A stretch of 60,885 nucleotides of DNA from Muribaculaceae bacterium (GTDB lineage: Bacteria; Bacteroidota; Bacteroidia; Bacteroidales; Muribaculaceae). The position numbers were made by a program, and so were the translations under genes. The first letter of the stretch is position 1; every line of letters begins with the position of its first letter. Shown here piece after piece: positions 47,806 through 57,928 of this stretch. The stretch covers positions 1-60,885 of the forward strand of contig JAIDTO010000261.1 in assembly GCA_029060625.1 (NCBI GenBank), written 5' to 3'. Below the pieces are notes generated by a model, which saw only the letters and a list, made by a program, of their open reading frames with translations, searched no databases and had not been told where the DNA came from.

Positions 47806-49667
47806 TTTTCTTCGCTTTCTTCAGGGATGAGGGGCGTTTCATCATCTTTCGGGCCGTCATACATGGCCTCGATTTCTTTTGCATAGCGCTTGGCAACTAC
47901 TGGTCGACGCACCTTCATGGTGTTGGTCACCTCTCCGTGGGTAATGGAGAAGTGGTTGGGCAATAAGGTGATCTTTTTAATTTGCTCGTAAGATGCAAGG
48001 TCTTTCTGAAGCTCATTGATTTCCCCCATAAGCATATCGATGACTTCTGGATTCTTCAGCAGCGCTTCAACATTTTCAGTGTCTATCTTCTTGGACTGAG
48101 CCCATGCTAACAGCTGAGAGAGATTTGGCACCACAAGGGCTGTCACGTATTTGCGTTCGTCGCCTATCACAGCCACTTCGTCAATGAATTTATTTTCTGC
48201 CAAGCGGCTTTCAAGAAGCTGCGGTGCAATATATTTGCCATTGGAAGTCTTGAAAAGGTCTTTTACTCTCTCTGTGAGTACGAGAGCACCCGTCTCAGTG
48301 AAGTATCCTGCATCTCCGGTTCTGAACCAACCATCATCGGTAAATGCTTTCGCGTTTGCATCAGGGTTATTATAATATCCTGCCGTTACAGTCGGACCTT
48401 TCACAAGAATTTCACCTTCCGTGTCGATCTTGACTTTCACCATTGGAAGAGGTTTGCCAACAGTCCCGATTTCAAAGTCTTTGAATGGGAAAGCGGATAC
48501 TGTTGCTGTGGTTTCGCTGAGACCATATCCAATGATCACGTTTATGCCGATAGACTGCATAAATTCTGTGATACGCGGGCTTAATGGAGCCCCGGCTGTC
48601 GGGAACATCTTGGGGTTGGGAATGCCAATGGTTTCCTTCACTTTTGAGAAAACACGTTTGTCCCAAAATTTATACTCTTTTTCAAGCCAGGCTGGAACAG
48701 GTTTCCCTTCGCGGCGGAATCCGAGATTGCGGCGGTAGCCAACACGAATGGCACGCCCCACCATCATCTGCTGCACCTTACTCATTTTAGATATTTTCTC
48801 CTTAACGCCGGCATATACTTTCTCCCAGAAACGTGGGACACAGGTCATCAGATTTGGTTTGACTTGAGGCAAAGTATCTTGAATTATGCGTGGGTCCTCA
48901 TTGATTGCAATTCTGATTCCCTTAGTGAGGCAAAAGAAACACCATGCCTTCTCGAGAATGTGGCTCATCGGCAGGAAAGCCATAGATAAATCTTTATCAG
49001 TGACATTGATAAGGAATTTAAGATGAGCCTCCATAGCTGCGTCATAATTGGAATGACTCAGACAGACACCCTTTGGTTCCCCTGTAGTGCCGGAAGTATA
49101 GATGAGTGTGGCAATGTCTTCAGGCAGCCCACGGTCAGATCTCTGCTCCACGAGAATTCGGGTGTCGTCATCAGCCTCAACACCAAGTTTCATGAAGTCG
49201 TCCCAGAAAATCGATGCAGTATCGTCTGAATTAAGATCAACACCCTCTTTTTTGAAGACTACTATCTTGTCAATCTGTTCGGGATGCTGTTTCCAGTAAT
49301 TATAGGCAAGGGGATACTGATGTTTTTCTCCTACAAACAGGATCCTCGGCTGTCCGTCGTTGACAATGAAGTCATATTGGCTCTGACTGCTGCTTGAATA
49401 TAGGGGTATTGTAGCCGCTCGGTTGCGGAAGCCGGCATACTCGGTGATGAGTATTTGAGGAGTGTTGTTGGAGCATATTGCTATCGTGTCTTTCTCCTTC
49501 AGACCAAGACGTGCAAGGGCGCGGGCTGCCACATCAATCTGGACACGGAATTCCTCCCAACTTGTCGGGAGCCATTCGCCAGCTTTGCGCCAACAATATC
49601 GGTAAGCCTCGCGGTCGCCATATTTTTCCGCCTGACGGCGAATCATTTCTACAAGTTTGTTTGCCAT
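47802..49667 (-). CDS. Long-chain acyl-CoA synthetase (AMP-dependent)
   Basis: IYTSGTTG.PKG, GYGLSET, GWF.TGD.G, R.KDLFKTS.GKYIAPQ. Confidence 0.92.
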   Translation of the reverse strand: MANKLVEMIRRQAEKYGDREAYRYCWRKAGEWLPTSWEEFRVQIDVAARALARLGLKEKDTIAICSNNTPQILITEYAGFRNRAATIPLYSSSSQSQYDFIVNDGQPRILFVGEKHQYPLAYNYWKQHPEQIDKIVVFKKEGVDLNSDDTASIFWDDFMKLGVEADDDTRILVEQRSDRGLPEDIATLIYTSGTTGEPKGVCLSHSNYDAAMEAHLKFLINVTDKDLSMAFLPMSHILEKAWCFFCLTKGIRIAINEDPRIIQDTLPQVKPNLMTCVPRFWEKVYAGVKEKISKMSKVQQMMVGRAIRVGYRRNLGFRREGKPVPAWLEKEYKFWDKRVFSKVKETIGIPNPKMFPTAGAPLSPRITEFMQSIGINVIIGYGLSETTATVSAFPFKDFEIGTVGKPLPMVKVKIDTEGEILVKGPTVTAGYYNNPDANAKAFTDDGWFRTGDAGYFTETGALVLTERVKDLFKTSNGKYIAPQLLESRLAENKFIDEVAVIGDERKYVTALVVPNLSQLLAWAQSKKIDTENVEALLKNPEVIDMLMGEINELQKDLASYEQIKKITLLPNHFSITHGEVTNTMKVRRPVVAKRYAKEIEAMYDGPKDDETPLIPEESEEK

Positions 49668-49827
49668 TTTAATCTAATGCATAATTCATAATGAGTAGTG
49701 CGTTTTGCGTAGATCGTTTTGTGATAACAACGCTAAAAACAAGAGTCGCCTACACTTATATAACGATTAAGAATATATTTTTTCCAAAACAATACACCTT
49801 AATATTGTGTTAGTGAAATAAAATTAT

Positions 49828-49835
49828 TAATTTTG
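49828..49835 (+). promoter_or_regulatory. -7 promoter element for topA
   Basis: TAATTTTG followed by C; ATTG 20 nt upstream. Confidence 0.6.
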
Positions 49836-49907
49836 CGGCAAAAATATGAGCGCTAATCCGCGTGATATGTGGGTTGGTGGATATGAAAGCCTGATTATAA
49901 GGATATT

Positions 49908-52256
49908 ATGAATAATCTCGTAATTGTAGAGTCTCCTGCAAAAGCTAAAACCATTGAAAAATTCCTTGGTAAGGGGTACACTGTGCTTTCTTCCTACGGA
50001 CATATACGTGATCTTAAGAAAAAGGGAATAGCTATAGACTTCGAAAATAATTTTGCGCCGGAATATGAGATACCGGCAGACAAGAAAGACACCGTTCGCA
50101 AGCTTAAGGAAGCTGCGAAGAATGCTGATATGGTATGGCTCGCTTCCGATGAAGACCGGGAAGGAGAAGCCATAGCCTGGCATCTTTATGAGGTGCTTGG
50201 CCTGAATCCTCAGAATACAAAGCGAATAGTCTTTCATGAGATAACCAAACCGGCTATCCTTAATGCTATCGCAAATCCCCGCGATATAGACATCGACCGG
50301 GTCAATGCCCAGCAGGCACGTCGGGTACTCGACCGTATAGTGGGATTTGAATTAAGTCCGGTGCTATGGAAGAAAATCAAACCGTCGCTTTCAGCCGGCA
50401 GGGTGCAGAGTGTAGCCGTTCGTCTCATTTGTGAGCGAGAGAAGGAGATAGATGCTTTCGTTCCGGAGTCTTATTTCCGTGTTTCTGGACAGTTCTCTAT
50501 CCCGGATTCTCTTGCCGGTCTTAAGGCTGATCTGTCGCGTAGATGTGTGGATGAGCAAGATGCAATGGGAGTATTGAGCGAATGCCATGATGCAAAGTTC
50601 CGGATAGCAGAAGTAAATGTCAAGCCCGGAAGGCGTCAGCCGTATCCTCCATTCACAACCTCCACCCTCCAGCAGGAAGCTTCACGCCGACTTGGCTTTT
50701 CCGTCAACCAGACAATGGTGATAGCGCAGAAGCTATACGAAGATGGTAAGATCACCTACATGCGTACAGACTCTACTAATCTTTCCGAGCTTGCCCTGCG
50801 CGATATCTCAGACACTATCCGTAAGGATATGGGGGAAGAATACCTAAAAGTTCGTCATTATCATACCCACTCAAAAGGGGCTCAGGAAGCGCACGAAGCC
50901 ATCAGGCCGACGTATGTCAGCAATCGCACAATTGAAGGAGATGCAAAGGAGCAAAAACTCTACGACCTGATATGGCGTAGGGCAGTTGCTTCGCAGATGG
51001 CAGATGCCGAGATTGAGAAGACAACTGTGGATATAGCAATCACACCGGGAAATGGTGTGGCAGCTGAAGATACCTCACACGGAGTTTTCAAGGCAGAGGG
51101 TGAGGTGGTGATATTCCCGGGCTTCCTCAAGGTGTATCAGCAGGGGGCCGGAAAGGATACGTCTCTTCCTCCTCTCTCTGTTGGCATGGATCTTGATCCT
51201 AAAGAGATAACAGCTACTGAAGACTTCACGCAAGCTCCCCCGAGATATTCGGAGGCTTCGCTTGTGAAGAAGATGGAGGAACTGGGCATCGGACGTCCGT
51301 CGACATATGCTCCTACTATCTCCACAATACAACAGCGCGAATACGTGAAGCGTGGTGAAAAAGAAGGCGTTCCGCGCGATTATAAGGAAATAACCCTAAA
51401 AAAGGGTAAGATAACAATGAAGACAAAGAGTCTTTCTGTCGGCTCTGAGAAAGGTAAGCTTGTGCCCACCGACACCGGAATGGTGGTCAACGACTTCCTG
51501 ACTGAATATTTCCCCGATATCCTTGACTATAACTTCACCGCCAAGATAGAGGAAAAATTCGACGACATTGCGGAGGGCAAACTCCCTTGGCAGAACGAAA
51601 TGTCGGAATTCTATGGAGGATTCCATCCTGAGATTGAGAAGATCAATACCCTCAAGATGGAGCATAAGGTAGGGGAGCGCCAGCTTGGGACAGATCCCAA
51701 AACAGGTCGACCTGTCTATGTGAAAATCGGCCGATTTGGTCCTGTTGCCCAAATAGGAGAGGCAACGGATGAAGACAAGCCTCTATTCGCGTCTTTGCAG
51801 CCTGACCAGAGTGTGCAGACCATTACTCTTGAGGAAGCACTGAAACTTTTTGAGCTTCCACGCGATGTAGGTTCGTTCGAAGGGAAAAAGATTCTTGCAG
51901 CTGTAGGACGCTTCGGCCCGTATATCCGGCACGACTCAGTCTTTGTATCCATACCGAAAGATATGTCGCCCCTTTCCATCACCGAAGCCGAGGCTATAGA
52001 GTTGATAGAGAAGAAGCGTGCTGATGAGGCCAATAAATTCATCAAGTCATTTCCGGATCATCCTGAGATCGAGATCCTCAATGGCAGGTATGGTCCCTAC
52101 TTCACTTATCTGCCAGCCGGAGCAAAGAAGAAAGTCAACTACAAGATTCCAAAAGGAACAGATCCGGTCTCATTGACATTGGAAGAAGTGATGAAACTTA
52201 TCGAACAGCAGGATGCCGCTCCTAAGAAGCGTACTTCAGCACGTTCCAAGAAATAA
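49908..52256 (+). CDS. topA: DNA topoisomerase I
   Basis: LVIVESPAKAKTI, ASDEDREGEAIAWH, SAGRVQS, ITYMRTDS, AQEAHEAIRPT, GIGRPSTYA, C-terminal GRFGP repeats. Confidence 0.97.
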   Translation: MNNLVIVESPAKAKTIEKFLGKGYTVLSSYGHIRDLKKKGIAIDFENNFAPEYEIPADKKDTVRKLKEAAKNADMVWLASDEDREGEAIAWHLYEVLGLNPQNTKRIVFHEITKPAILNAIANPRDIDIDRVNAQQARRVLDRIVGFELSPVLWKKIKPSLSAGRVQSVAVRLICEREKEIDAFVPESYFRVSGQFSIPDSLAGLKADLSRRCVDEQDAMGVLSECHDAKFRIAEVNVKPGRRQPYPPFTTSTLQQEASRRLGFSVNQTMVIAQKLYEDGKITYMRTDSTNLSELALRDISDTIRKDMGEEYLKVRHYHTHSKGAQEAHEAIRPTYVSNRTIEGDAKEQKLYDLIWRRAVASQMADAEIEKTTVDIAITPGNGVAAEDTSHGVFKAEGEVVIFPGFLKVYQQGAGKDTSLPPLSVGMDLDPKEITATEDFTQAPPRYSEASLVKKMEELGIGRPSTYAPTISTIQQREYVKRGEKEGVPRDYKEITLKKGKITMKTKSLSVGSEKGKLVPTDTGMVVNDFLTEYFPDILDYNFTAKIEEKFDDIAEGKLPWQNEMSEFYGGFHPEIEKINTLKMEHKVGERQLGTDPKTGRPVYVKIGRFGPVAQIGEATDEDKPLFASLQPDQSVQTITLEEALKLFELPRDVGSFEGKKILAAVGRFGPYIRHDSVFVSIPKDMSPLSITEAEAIELIEKKRADEANKFIKSFPDHPEIEILNGRYGPYFTYLPAGAKKKVNYKIPKGTDPVSLTLEEVMKLIEQQDAAPKKRTSARSKK

Positions 52257-52274
52257 TAGATAATTAATCAATTA

Positions 52275-52349
52275 TAAGCATAATACATAGTCGAATCATT
52301 TCTTGAAGTCAATTAATTATGCATTATGCATTATGAATTATGCAGTAAT
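52275..52349. repeat. Inverted 7-bp tandem arrays upstream of prfB
   Basis: TAAGCAT AATACAT ... AATTATG CATTATG CATTATG AATTATG CAGTAAT. Confidence 0.8.
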
Positions 52350-52351
52350 AA

Positions 52352-53473
52352 ATGATAACTCAAGAACAACTTAAAGAGGCGGAAGAACGTACCGCCGCAC
52401 TAAAAAGATATCTCGATATTGACTCCAAAAAGATAGAGGTGGAGGAAGAGGAGCTTCGTACGCATGTTGCCGATTTTTGGGAAGACCGTACGAAAGCAGA
52501 GGCACAGATGAAGAAGATCAAGGATCTTCATTTCTGGATCGATGCATATGAGGCACTTGAGAAGCAGGTGGAGGAATTGCGTCTTGCTTTCGACTTTGTA
52601 AAGGAGGGCCTCGTCACTGAAGAAGAGGTAGATGAGCAATATGCGACAGTCGCTAAGGATATTGAGAGTCTGGAACTCCGCAATATGCTTCGCCGTGAAG
52701 AAGACAAGCTTGGAGTGGTACTGAAGATCAATTCCGGAGCCGGAGGCACTGAAAGTCAGGACTGGGCACAGATGTTAATGCGTCTTTATCTTCGTTATGC
52801 CGAACGCCACGGCTACAAGACATCTATCGCACAGCTTCTTGAAGGTGATGATGCCGGTATCAAGTCGGTCACTATCAATATTGAGGGTGACTATGCTTAC
52901 GGTTATCTCAAGAGTGAGAACGGTGTGCATCGCCTCGTCCGTGTAAGTCCCTATAATGCTCAGGGAAAGCGTATGACTTCGTTCGCGTCCGTATTCGTCA
53001 CTCCGCTCGTAGACGATACCATCGAGATTAACGTGGAGCAGGCTCGTATTTCATGGGATACATTCCGATCAGGAGGAGCCGGAGGCCAGAACGTCAACAA
53101 GGTGGAATCCGGTGTGCGCTTGCGCTATCAATACAAGGATCCTTATACCGGAGAAGAGGAAGAAATCCTGATTGAAAACACAGAGACCCGCGACCAGCCT
53201 AAGAATAAGGAGAATGCTTTGCGCCATCTTCGCTCCATCCTCTATGAGAAAGAGATGAATCATCGTCTGGAAGAGCAGGCGAAAGTAGAGGCCGGAAAGA
53301 AGAAAATAGAATGGGGCTCGCAGATACGTAGCTACGTCTTCGATGACCGTCGTGTGAAAGACCATCGTACCAACTATCAGACCTCTGACGTAAACTCAGT
53401 GATGGACGGAGAAATTGATGAGTTCATCAAGGCTTATCTGATGGAGTTTGCAGCCTCTGATGGGAATGCATAA
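52352..53473 (+). CDS. prfB: Peptide chain release factor 2 (single continuous ORF)
   Basis: GAGGTESQDWA, E.GVHRLVRVSPY, SGGAGGQNVNKV, IEWGSQIRSYV. Confidence 0.97.
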   Translation: MITQEQLKEAEERTAALKRYLDIDSKKIEVEEEELRTHVADFWEDRTKAEAQMKKIKDLHFWIDAYEALEKQVEELRLAFDFVKEGLVTEEEVDEQYATVAKDIESLELRNMLRREEDKLGVVLKINSGAGGTESQDWAQMLMRLYLRYAERHGYKTSIAQLLEGDDAGIKSVTINIEGDYAYGYLKSENGVHRLVRVSPYNAQGKRMTSFASVFVTPLVDDTIEINVEQARISWDTFRSGGAGGQNVNKVESGVRLRYQYKDPYTGEEEEILIENTETRDQPKNKENALRHLRSILYEKEMNHRLEEQAKVEAGKKKIEWGSQIRSYVFDDRRVKDHRTNYQTSDVNSVMDGEIDEFIKAYLMEFAASDGNA

Positions 53474-53568
53474 TTAACTTTGTTCAAGCTGAAGCAAGTC
53501 ATAATTCATAAAGTAAATGCATAATTCATAGTCCTGGTCGATTATGAATCATGCATTTTGCATTATGC
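53465..53568. repeat. Inverted 7-bp tandem arrays between the convergent prfB and GH3 genes
   Basis: AATGCAT/AATTCAT units, then ATTATGA ATCATGC ATTTTGC ATTATGC; 53515-53530 pairs with 53543-53558 at 15/16 positions. Confidence 0.8.
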
Positions 53569-55077
53569 GTTCAACTCAAGAAGTTTGTCGAGGAGGTTTC
53601 GGTTGTTGTTGAGCCGTGGCACTTTTCTCTGACCTCCGAGTTTGTGGTTGCCGGCATTTGCGAGCCAATCGTCGAATAGTCCAGGACGGGCAGTGATGAT
53701 TTCCGGAGGATCGAGGAAAATTGTGTGTGCCCGCTTTGCCTGATAGTCGGAATTGACTTCCTGCAGTGTCTTGTCGAGCACCTCACGGAACTTCTCCATG
53801 GAATCTGGCATCTCATTCCATTCTATCAGCCATTGATGATGGCCGCGACGATTATTATGTGCATAATATGGTCCGGCAGTGTAGTTGGCGATTCCGGCGC
53901 CTGTGGCTTCGCAAGCTGCTTCAATGGCTCGGTTTGCGTTGTCTTCCATCACTTCCTCGCCGAAAGCGTTGATAAAGCTTCGAGTGCGTCCGGCTATCCT
54001 GATCTTGACCGGGTCGGTGGCGGTGACGGTCACCGTATCACCAAGGTGATAACGCCAAAGACCATTGGCACTTGATATGAGGAGCTCGTAAGTCTTTCCG
54101 GTTTCCACTTCCCATGCAGATACGGGCTCTCCCCCTGTTATAGGCTCGAATTCGTAAAAGACACTGCCGTCAAGAATAAGCAGCATCGAGTGGTCGGAGA
54201 AGTCATTCTGAAATGCAAAAAAGCCTTCGCTTGCATTGTATGTCTCCATGAAGTGCATCTTCGATGGGTCAGTCAAAGCTTCATATTCCTTTCGATAAGG
54301 CCTAAAATCGATGCCTCCATGGAAGAAAACTTCCAGATTTGGCCAAACATCTGATATTTTATCGACACCCTTGATCCTGCATACTTCCTTGATTACTGTA
54401 AGAAACCAAGATGGTACGCCGGAAATGTTTGTGATGTTCGATTTTGAAGCAGCTCCAGCAAGAGCCGGAAGTTTCTCGCTCCAGTCTTCCATCAAGGCTA
54501 TGCGTTTTTCAGGCACTCGCACCATATCAGCGAGCTTTGGCATGCGGTCGATGAGAGTAGCGCTCAAATCCCCTACTTTAACGTCACTCTTAAGGTTCAG
54601 CTCATTGGCAAAGCTACCTCCCAATATAAGGCTTTTGCCGGAAAAGAGTCGACTTTTAGGGTTCATCTTGAGATAATGAGCCACGACATCGGAGGTACCC
54701 GGATAATGGTTGCGATGTAAGCAGTCGTTGGTGATAGGCACAAATTTTGACTTTCCTCCACTCGTTCCACTGCTTTGGGCAAAACGTGTGCACCGGCCCG
54801 GCCATAGCACATCTTTTTCTCCCTCCACCATTCTCATTGCATATGGGCGAATGTCATCATAGGCCACTTGTGGCACTGCTTTCTGATAAGCGGCAACCGG
54901 ATCGGATGAATTAAGGATTTCCTTAAATCCATATTTGCGGCCTACTTCCGTTTCTGCAGCACGGTTTAGAAGCCAAATGAGCTGTTTGCGTTGAATCTCG
55001 TCCACGTGTCCGCTCCAGTTCTCTGTGCGACGGGCTCGGGATGCGAAAATATATCGGGCGATAGGTGTGAAATCCAT
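53563..55077 (-). CDS. GH3 auxin-responsive-family acyl-adenylate-forming enzyme
   Basis: SSGTSGGKSKFVP, GVPSW, ETYNASEGF, GLWRY.LGD, GRT..FINAFGEE, GGQ.KVPRL. Confidence 0.88.
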   Translation of the reverse strand: MDFTPIARYIFASRARRTENWSGHVDEIQRKQLIWLLNRAAETEVGRKYGFKEILNSSDPVAAYQKAVPQVAYDDIRPYAMRMVEGEKDVLWPGRCTRFAQSSGTSGGKSKFVPITNDCLHRNHYPGTSDVVAHYLKMNPKSRLFSGKSLILGGSFANELNLKSDVKVGDLSATLIDRMPKLADMVRVPEKRIALMEDWSEKLPALAGAASKSNITNISGVPSWFLTVIKEVCRIKGVDKISDVWPNLEVFFHGGIDFRPYRKEYEALTDPSKMHFMETYNASEGFFAFQNDFSDHSMLLILDGSVFYEFEPITGGEPVSAWEVETGKTYELLISSANGLWRYHLGDTVTVTATDPVKIRIAGRTRSFINAFGEEVMEDNANRAIEAACEATGAGIANYTAGPYYAHNNRRGHHQWLIEWNEMPDSMEKFREVLDKTLQEVNSDYQAKRAHTIFLDPPEIITARPGLFDDWLANAGNHKLGGQRKVPRLNNNRNLLDKLLELNA

Positions 55078-55132
55078 GGTTGGAATTAGAAGTTAGAGTG
55101 AAATCAGAGAACATTTTTTCCCATTTCTTCTG

Positions 55133-55351
55133 CTACGGCACCGGATCATAACCGGAACCTCCCCATGGGTGGCACCGACATATGCGCTTCAAAGTGAGCC
55201 AACCCCCTTTCAAGGCCCCGTGCTTTTTTATTGCCTCTATTCCGTATTGACTACAGGTAGGTGTAAAGCGGCAGCTCGGAGGGGTATGGGGAGAGATGGC
55301 GTATTGATAGAAGCGTATCGCAGAGGTAAGCAGAATCTGGGCGATGTTCAT
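55133..55351 (-). CDS. yidD: Membrane protein insertion efficiency factor
   Basis: [44 protein letters not shown]; start 55351 or 55372. Confidence 0.93.
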   Translation of the reverse strand: MNIAQILLTSAIRFYQYAISPHTPPSCRFTPTCSQYGIEAIKKHGALKGGWLTLKRICRCHPWGGSGYDPVP

Positions 55352-55358
55352 ACTCTTC

Positions 55359-55844
55359 TTAACAAATGTCATCCCCTTTGGGTTGAGGATAAAGTTTTTT
55401 TCTGATTTTTGACAATGCTGATCCGACGGCTGATGCGATGCACTCCATATCGGAGTTTTCATTGTGCATGTATACTATAGCCAACGATAAAGTGCGTATG
55501 GCGGGATCTTCCTGTATTATTTTTTTCAAAGGGTGCCATTGCAGACGGAAGGCTTCGCGAATGCGGCGTCGCATAAGCACACGGTCTACGGCATGCCTCC
55601 GCTTCTTCTTTGGCACTGTGATCATGAACTGCACAGGCCCCATAAGGTCGGGTATGCATACACGAAACGATGCTTCCAGATCCTCTTGGGAAATTGCACG
55701 GAACGTCACCCTCAGCGGACCGGAATATACTGATTTCCCTTTTTGGAAGAGTTCCTGGACCAGGGTGCGATGGCGGAGCTTAGCGCTTTTACGCAAAGTG
55801 AACCTTTCGGCTTGTGTTTGATTGTGCTGTTCGGTCTCAGTCAT
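55359..55844 (-). CDS. rnpA: Ribonuclease P protein component
   Basis: FTL.K..KL.....V..LF..G, ITVPKK..R.AV.R...[10 protein letters not shown]; adjacent to yidD. Confidence 0.88.
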   Translation of the reverse strand: MTETEQHNQTQAERFTLRKSAKLRHRTLVQELFQKGKSVYSGPLRVTFRAISQEDLEASFRVCIPDLMGPVQFMITVPKKKRRHAVDRVLMRRRIREAFRLQWHPLKKIIQEDPAIRTLSLAIVYMHNENSDMECIASAVGSALSKIRKKLYPQPKGDDIC

Positions 55845-56490
55845 CGTTGAATGCAAGTTTAAGAATGTCGGATGGAGAGCAAACTATGTGGTCGGCATAT
55901 GCCTTACGCAACTCAGTGATAGGGCGGAACCCCCATGTGACCCCGACTGAATCGATACAAGCCCGTCGAGCCGTCTCAATATCGACTGCAGAGTCTCCTA
56001 CATGCATTGTCTGGCTTTTGGGTGTAGGGTGGGAGAGAAGCACTGCAAAGTCAATGCTTGGATCTGGTTTTGTCGGTCGGTCTTCTGTCTGTCCCATTAC
56101 AGCTACAAAAGGGATATCCGGGAAAAAATAATCTATTATCTTGCGTGCTGCCGACTCATACTTGTTGGTTGCCACTGCCACTGCAATCTTGTTGTCGGTA
56201 AGTTGCTGCAGGAGTTCAGGAATGCCTGGATATGGCTTTGTGAGATCTGTGCAGTGCTCGTCATAATATTCCCTGAAAGTTGCGAGGAGTTCATCTATCT
56301 CTTCCGGACTTGCATCAGGCTGTGCCCGCTCCATCAGTTTTCTCACTCCGTTGCCCACCATATATGGATATGCCGCCAGGGGATGCTTGTGGTAGCCCTT
56401 TGATTCAAGGGCATAGTTGCATGCGGTGCCGAGGTCGGCAATAGTGTCGAGTAGCGTTCCGTCAAGATCGAAGATGATGAGTTTTTTCAT
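55837..56490 (-). CDS. HAD-family phosphatase (phosphoglycolate phosphatase-like)
   Basis: IFDLDGTLLDT, PYPGI, ATNK, KPDP, VGDS.VD. Confidence 0.9.
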   Translation of the reverse strand: MKKLIIFDLDGTLLDTIADLGTACNYALESKGYHKHPLAAYPYMVGNGVRKLMERAQPDASPEEIDELLATFREYYDEHCTDLTKPYPGIPELLQQLTDNKIAVAVATNKYESAARKIIDYFFPDIPFVAVMGQTEDRPTKPDPSIDFAVLLSHPTPKSQTMHVGDSAVDIETARRACIDSVGVTWGFRPITELRKAYADHIVCSPSDILKLAFNDD

Positions 56491-56491
56491 T

Positions 56492-56531
56492 GAGTAGTCG
56501 GGTTGTCGAGTTATCTGGTTTTCAAGTAGTG
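56492..56531. repeat. 8-bp degenerate tandem array
   Basis: GAGTAGTC GGGTTGTC GAGTTATC TGGTTTTC AAGTAGTG. Confidence 0.6.
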
Positions 56532-57928
56532 TGGGTTTCTGAAACCGTCGAGATAATTGAACCTTTATCAGTCAGAGTTTCAATTATATCACCGGTTTTG
56601 ACAGCCTTGATGTCAGAAACCGCCTTTCCTCCAATTTTAGTAATTGAATAACCTCGTTTCAGTGTAGATGCCGGGTTAAGCACATCAGTGAGCTTTTGAA
56701 GATTGTCGAGTCTTGATTTTTCTCGATCCAATATAGATGCCACTGCTGACTTGATCGAAGAAGACATTGCCTGCAAAGCCGGGTATTCGATTTTTATGCG
56801 AGAATTGGAAGCCATACGGATAGTAGTGGTGAGTCCCTCCACTCGTATTCGGGCTTTCGACAAGGCCTCGCTTGCTGCCGCGGGGAGGAGAGCGGAGATG
56901 CTGTGAAGTCTTAATCTTGCATTTTTAAGCTGGGTCTCTGCAAGAGCCGGAATCATGGTCTCGATGCTCTGGAGGCGGATGTGCTCTCCTTTAAGGCGTT
57001 CGGAGGCAAAAGATGCTATCCTTGTGGCGAGGTCGTAGGCGCGTTGCCATGCCATGCCTGCTGTGTCGGATAGCCACGCGGCAACTGCGGTAGGGGTCTT
57101 GCACCGTATGCATGCAATCTCATCGAGCACACAGCGGTCGCGTTCGTGTCCTATACCGACAACGACTGGAATCGGGAATGTAGCCACTCGGCGTGCAAGC
57201 CGGAGGTCGTCGAATCCATTCATGTCAGTAGTGGCTCCCCCTCCACGCACTATCACCACGCAATCCCAATCTATGATGCATCTTGTCTGCTCCACGAGGT
57301 CAAGGGCAGCAATTACGCTTTGCGCAGTTTTCTCTCCTTGCATTATGGCAGGGAAGAGAAATGTGTTAAATTCAACTCCAGACGAATTGTGTTGGAGCTG
57401 ATTGAGGAAGTCGCCATATCCTGCGGCGCTCTCAGAAGATATTATCGCTATCTTTCGTGGCGGATCGGAAAAAGTAAGCTCGCGGTTACGGTTGAGGATA
57501 CCTTCTTTCTGCAGGGCAATCAAGATCTCGCGTCTGATGCGCTCGAGATCTCCCATAGTATATGATGGCTCGATTTCTCCTATGTTGAACGATAAGCCGT
57601 AGTTGGAGTGATAGTTGGCTCCTCCGTAAAACATTACCTTCATGCCGTTGGAGAGTTCCTTTTCCGTGGCGCGGAGAAATTTTTCTCGGATATATATATA
57701 TCGATTGGCCCAAATATTGGCTCTCATACGGGCAACAGTGGTTCCAGACGGGTCTTTTTCGATAAGAGTCATATAGCAATGCCCTCCTCTGACCGACATG
57801 TCGCTGATTTCTGCCACCACCCATGCACCCATAAGCACAGGCTCCCGGCTCATGGCGCTTGCCACGAAGCGAGAGAACTCCGAAAGGGCGTATGCCTTAG
57901 GTCTTTCATTAGAATGGTACGCTTCCAT
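56522..57928 (-). CDS. xseA: Exodeoxyribonuclease VII large subunit
   Basis: WV.AEIS...GHCY..L.E, IA.ISS..AAGYGDF, FPA.MQG, I.RGGG, GIGHERD, TPTA.A, L.RGYSIT. Confidence 0.93.
   Translation of the reverse strand: MEAYHSNERPKAYALSEFSRFVASAMSREPVLMGAWVVAEISDMSVRGGHCYMTLIEKDPSGTTVARMRANIWANRYIYIREKFLRATEKELSNGMKVMFYGGANYHSNYGLSFNIGEIEPSYTMGDLERIRREILIALQKEGILNRNRELTFSDPPRKIAIISSESAAGYGDFLNQLQHNSSGVEFNTFLFPAIMQGEKTAQSVIAALDLVEQTRCIIDWDCVVIVRGGGATTDMNGFDDLRLARRVATFPIPVVVGIGHERDRCVLDEIACIRCKTPTAVAAWLSDTAGMAWQRAYDLATRIASFASERLKGEHIRLQSIETMIPALAETQLKNARLRLHSISALLPAAASEALSKARIRVEGLTTTIRMASNSRIKIEYPALQAMSSSIKSAVASILDREKSRLDNLQKLTDVLNPASTLKRGYSITKIGGKAVSDIKAVKTGDIIETLTDKGSIISTVSETHTT

Noticed and set aside
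56522-57928. xseA without adjacent xseB
   Set aside because: The two subunit genes are unlinked in many bacteria; this cannot be judged from one window.
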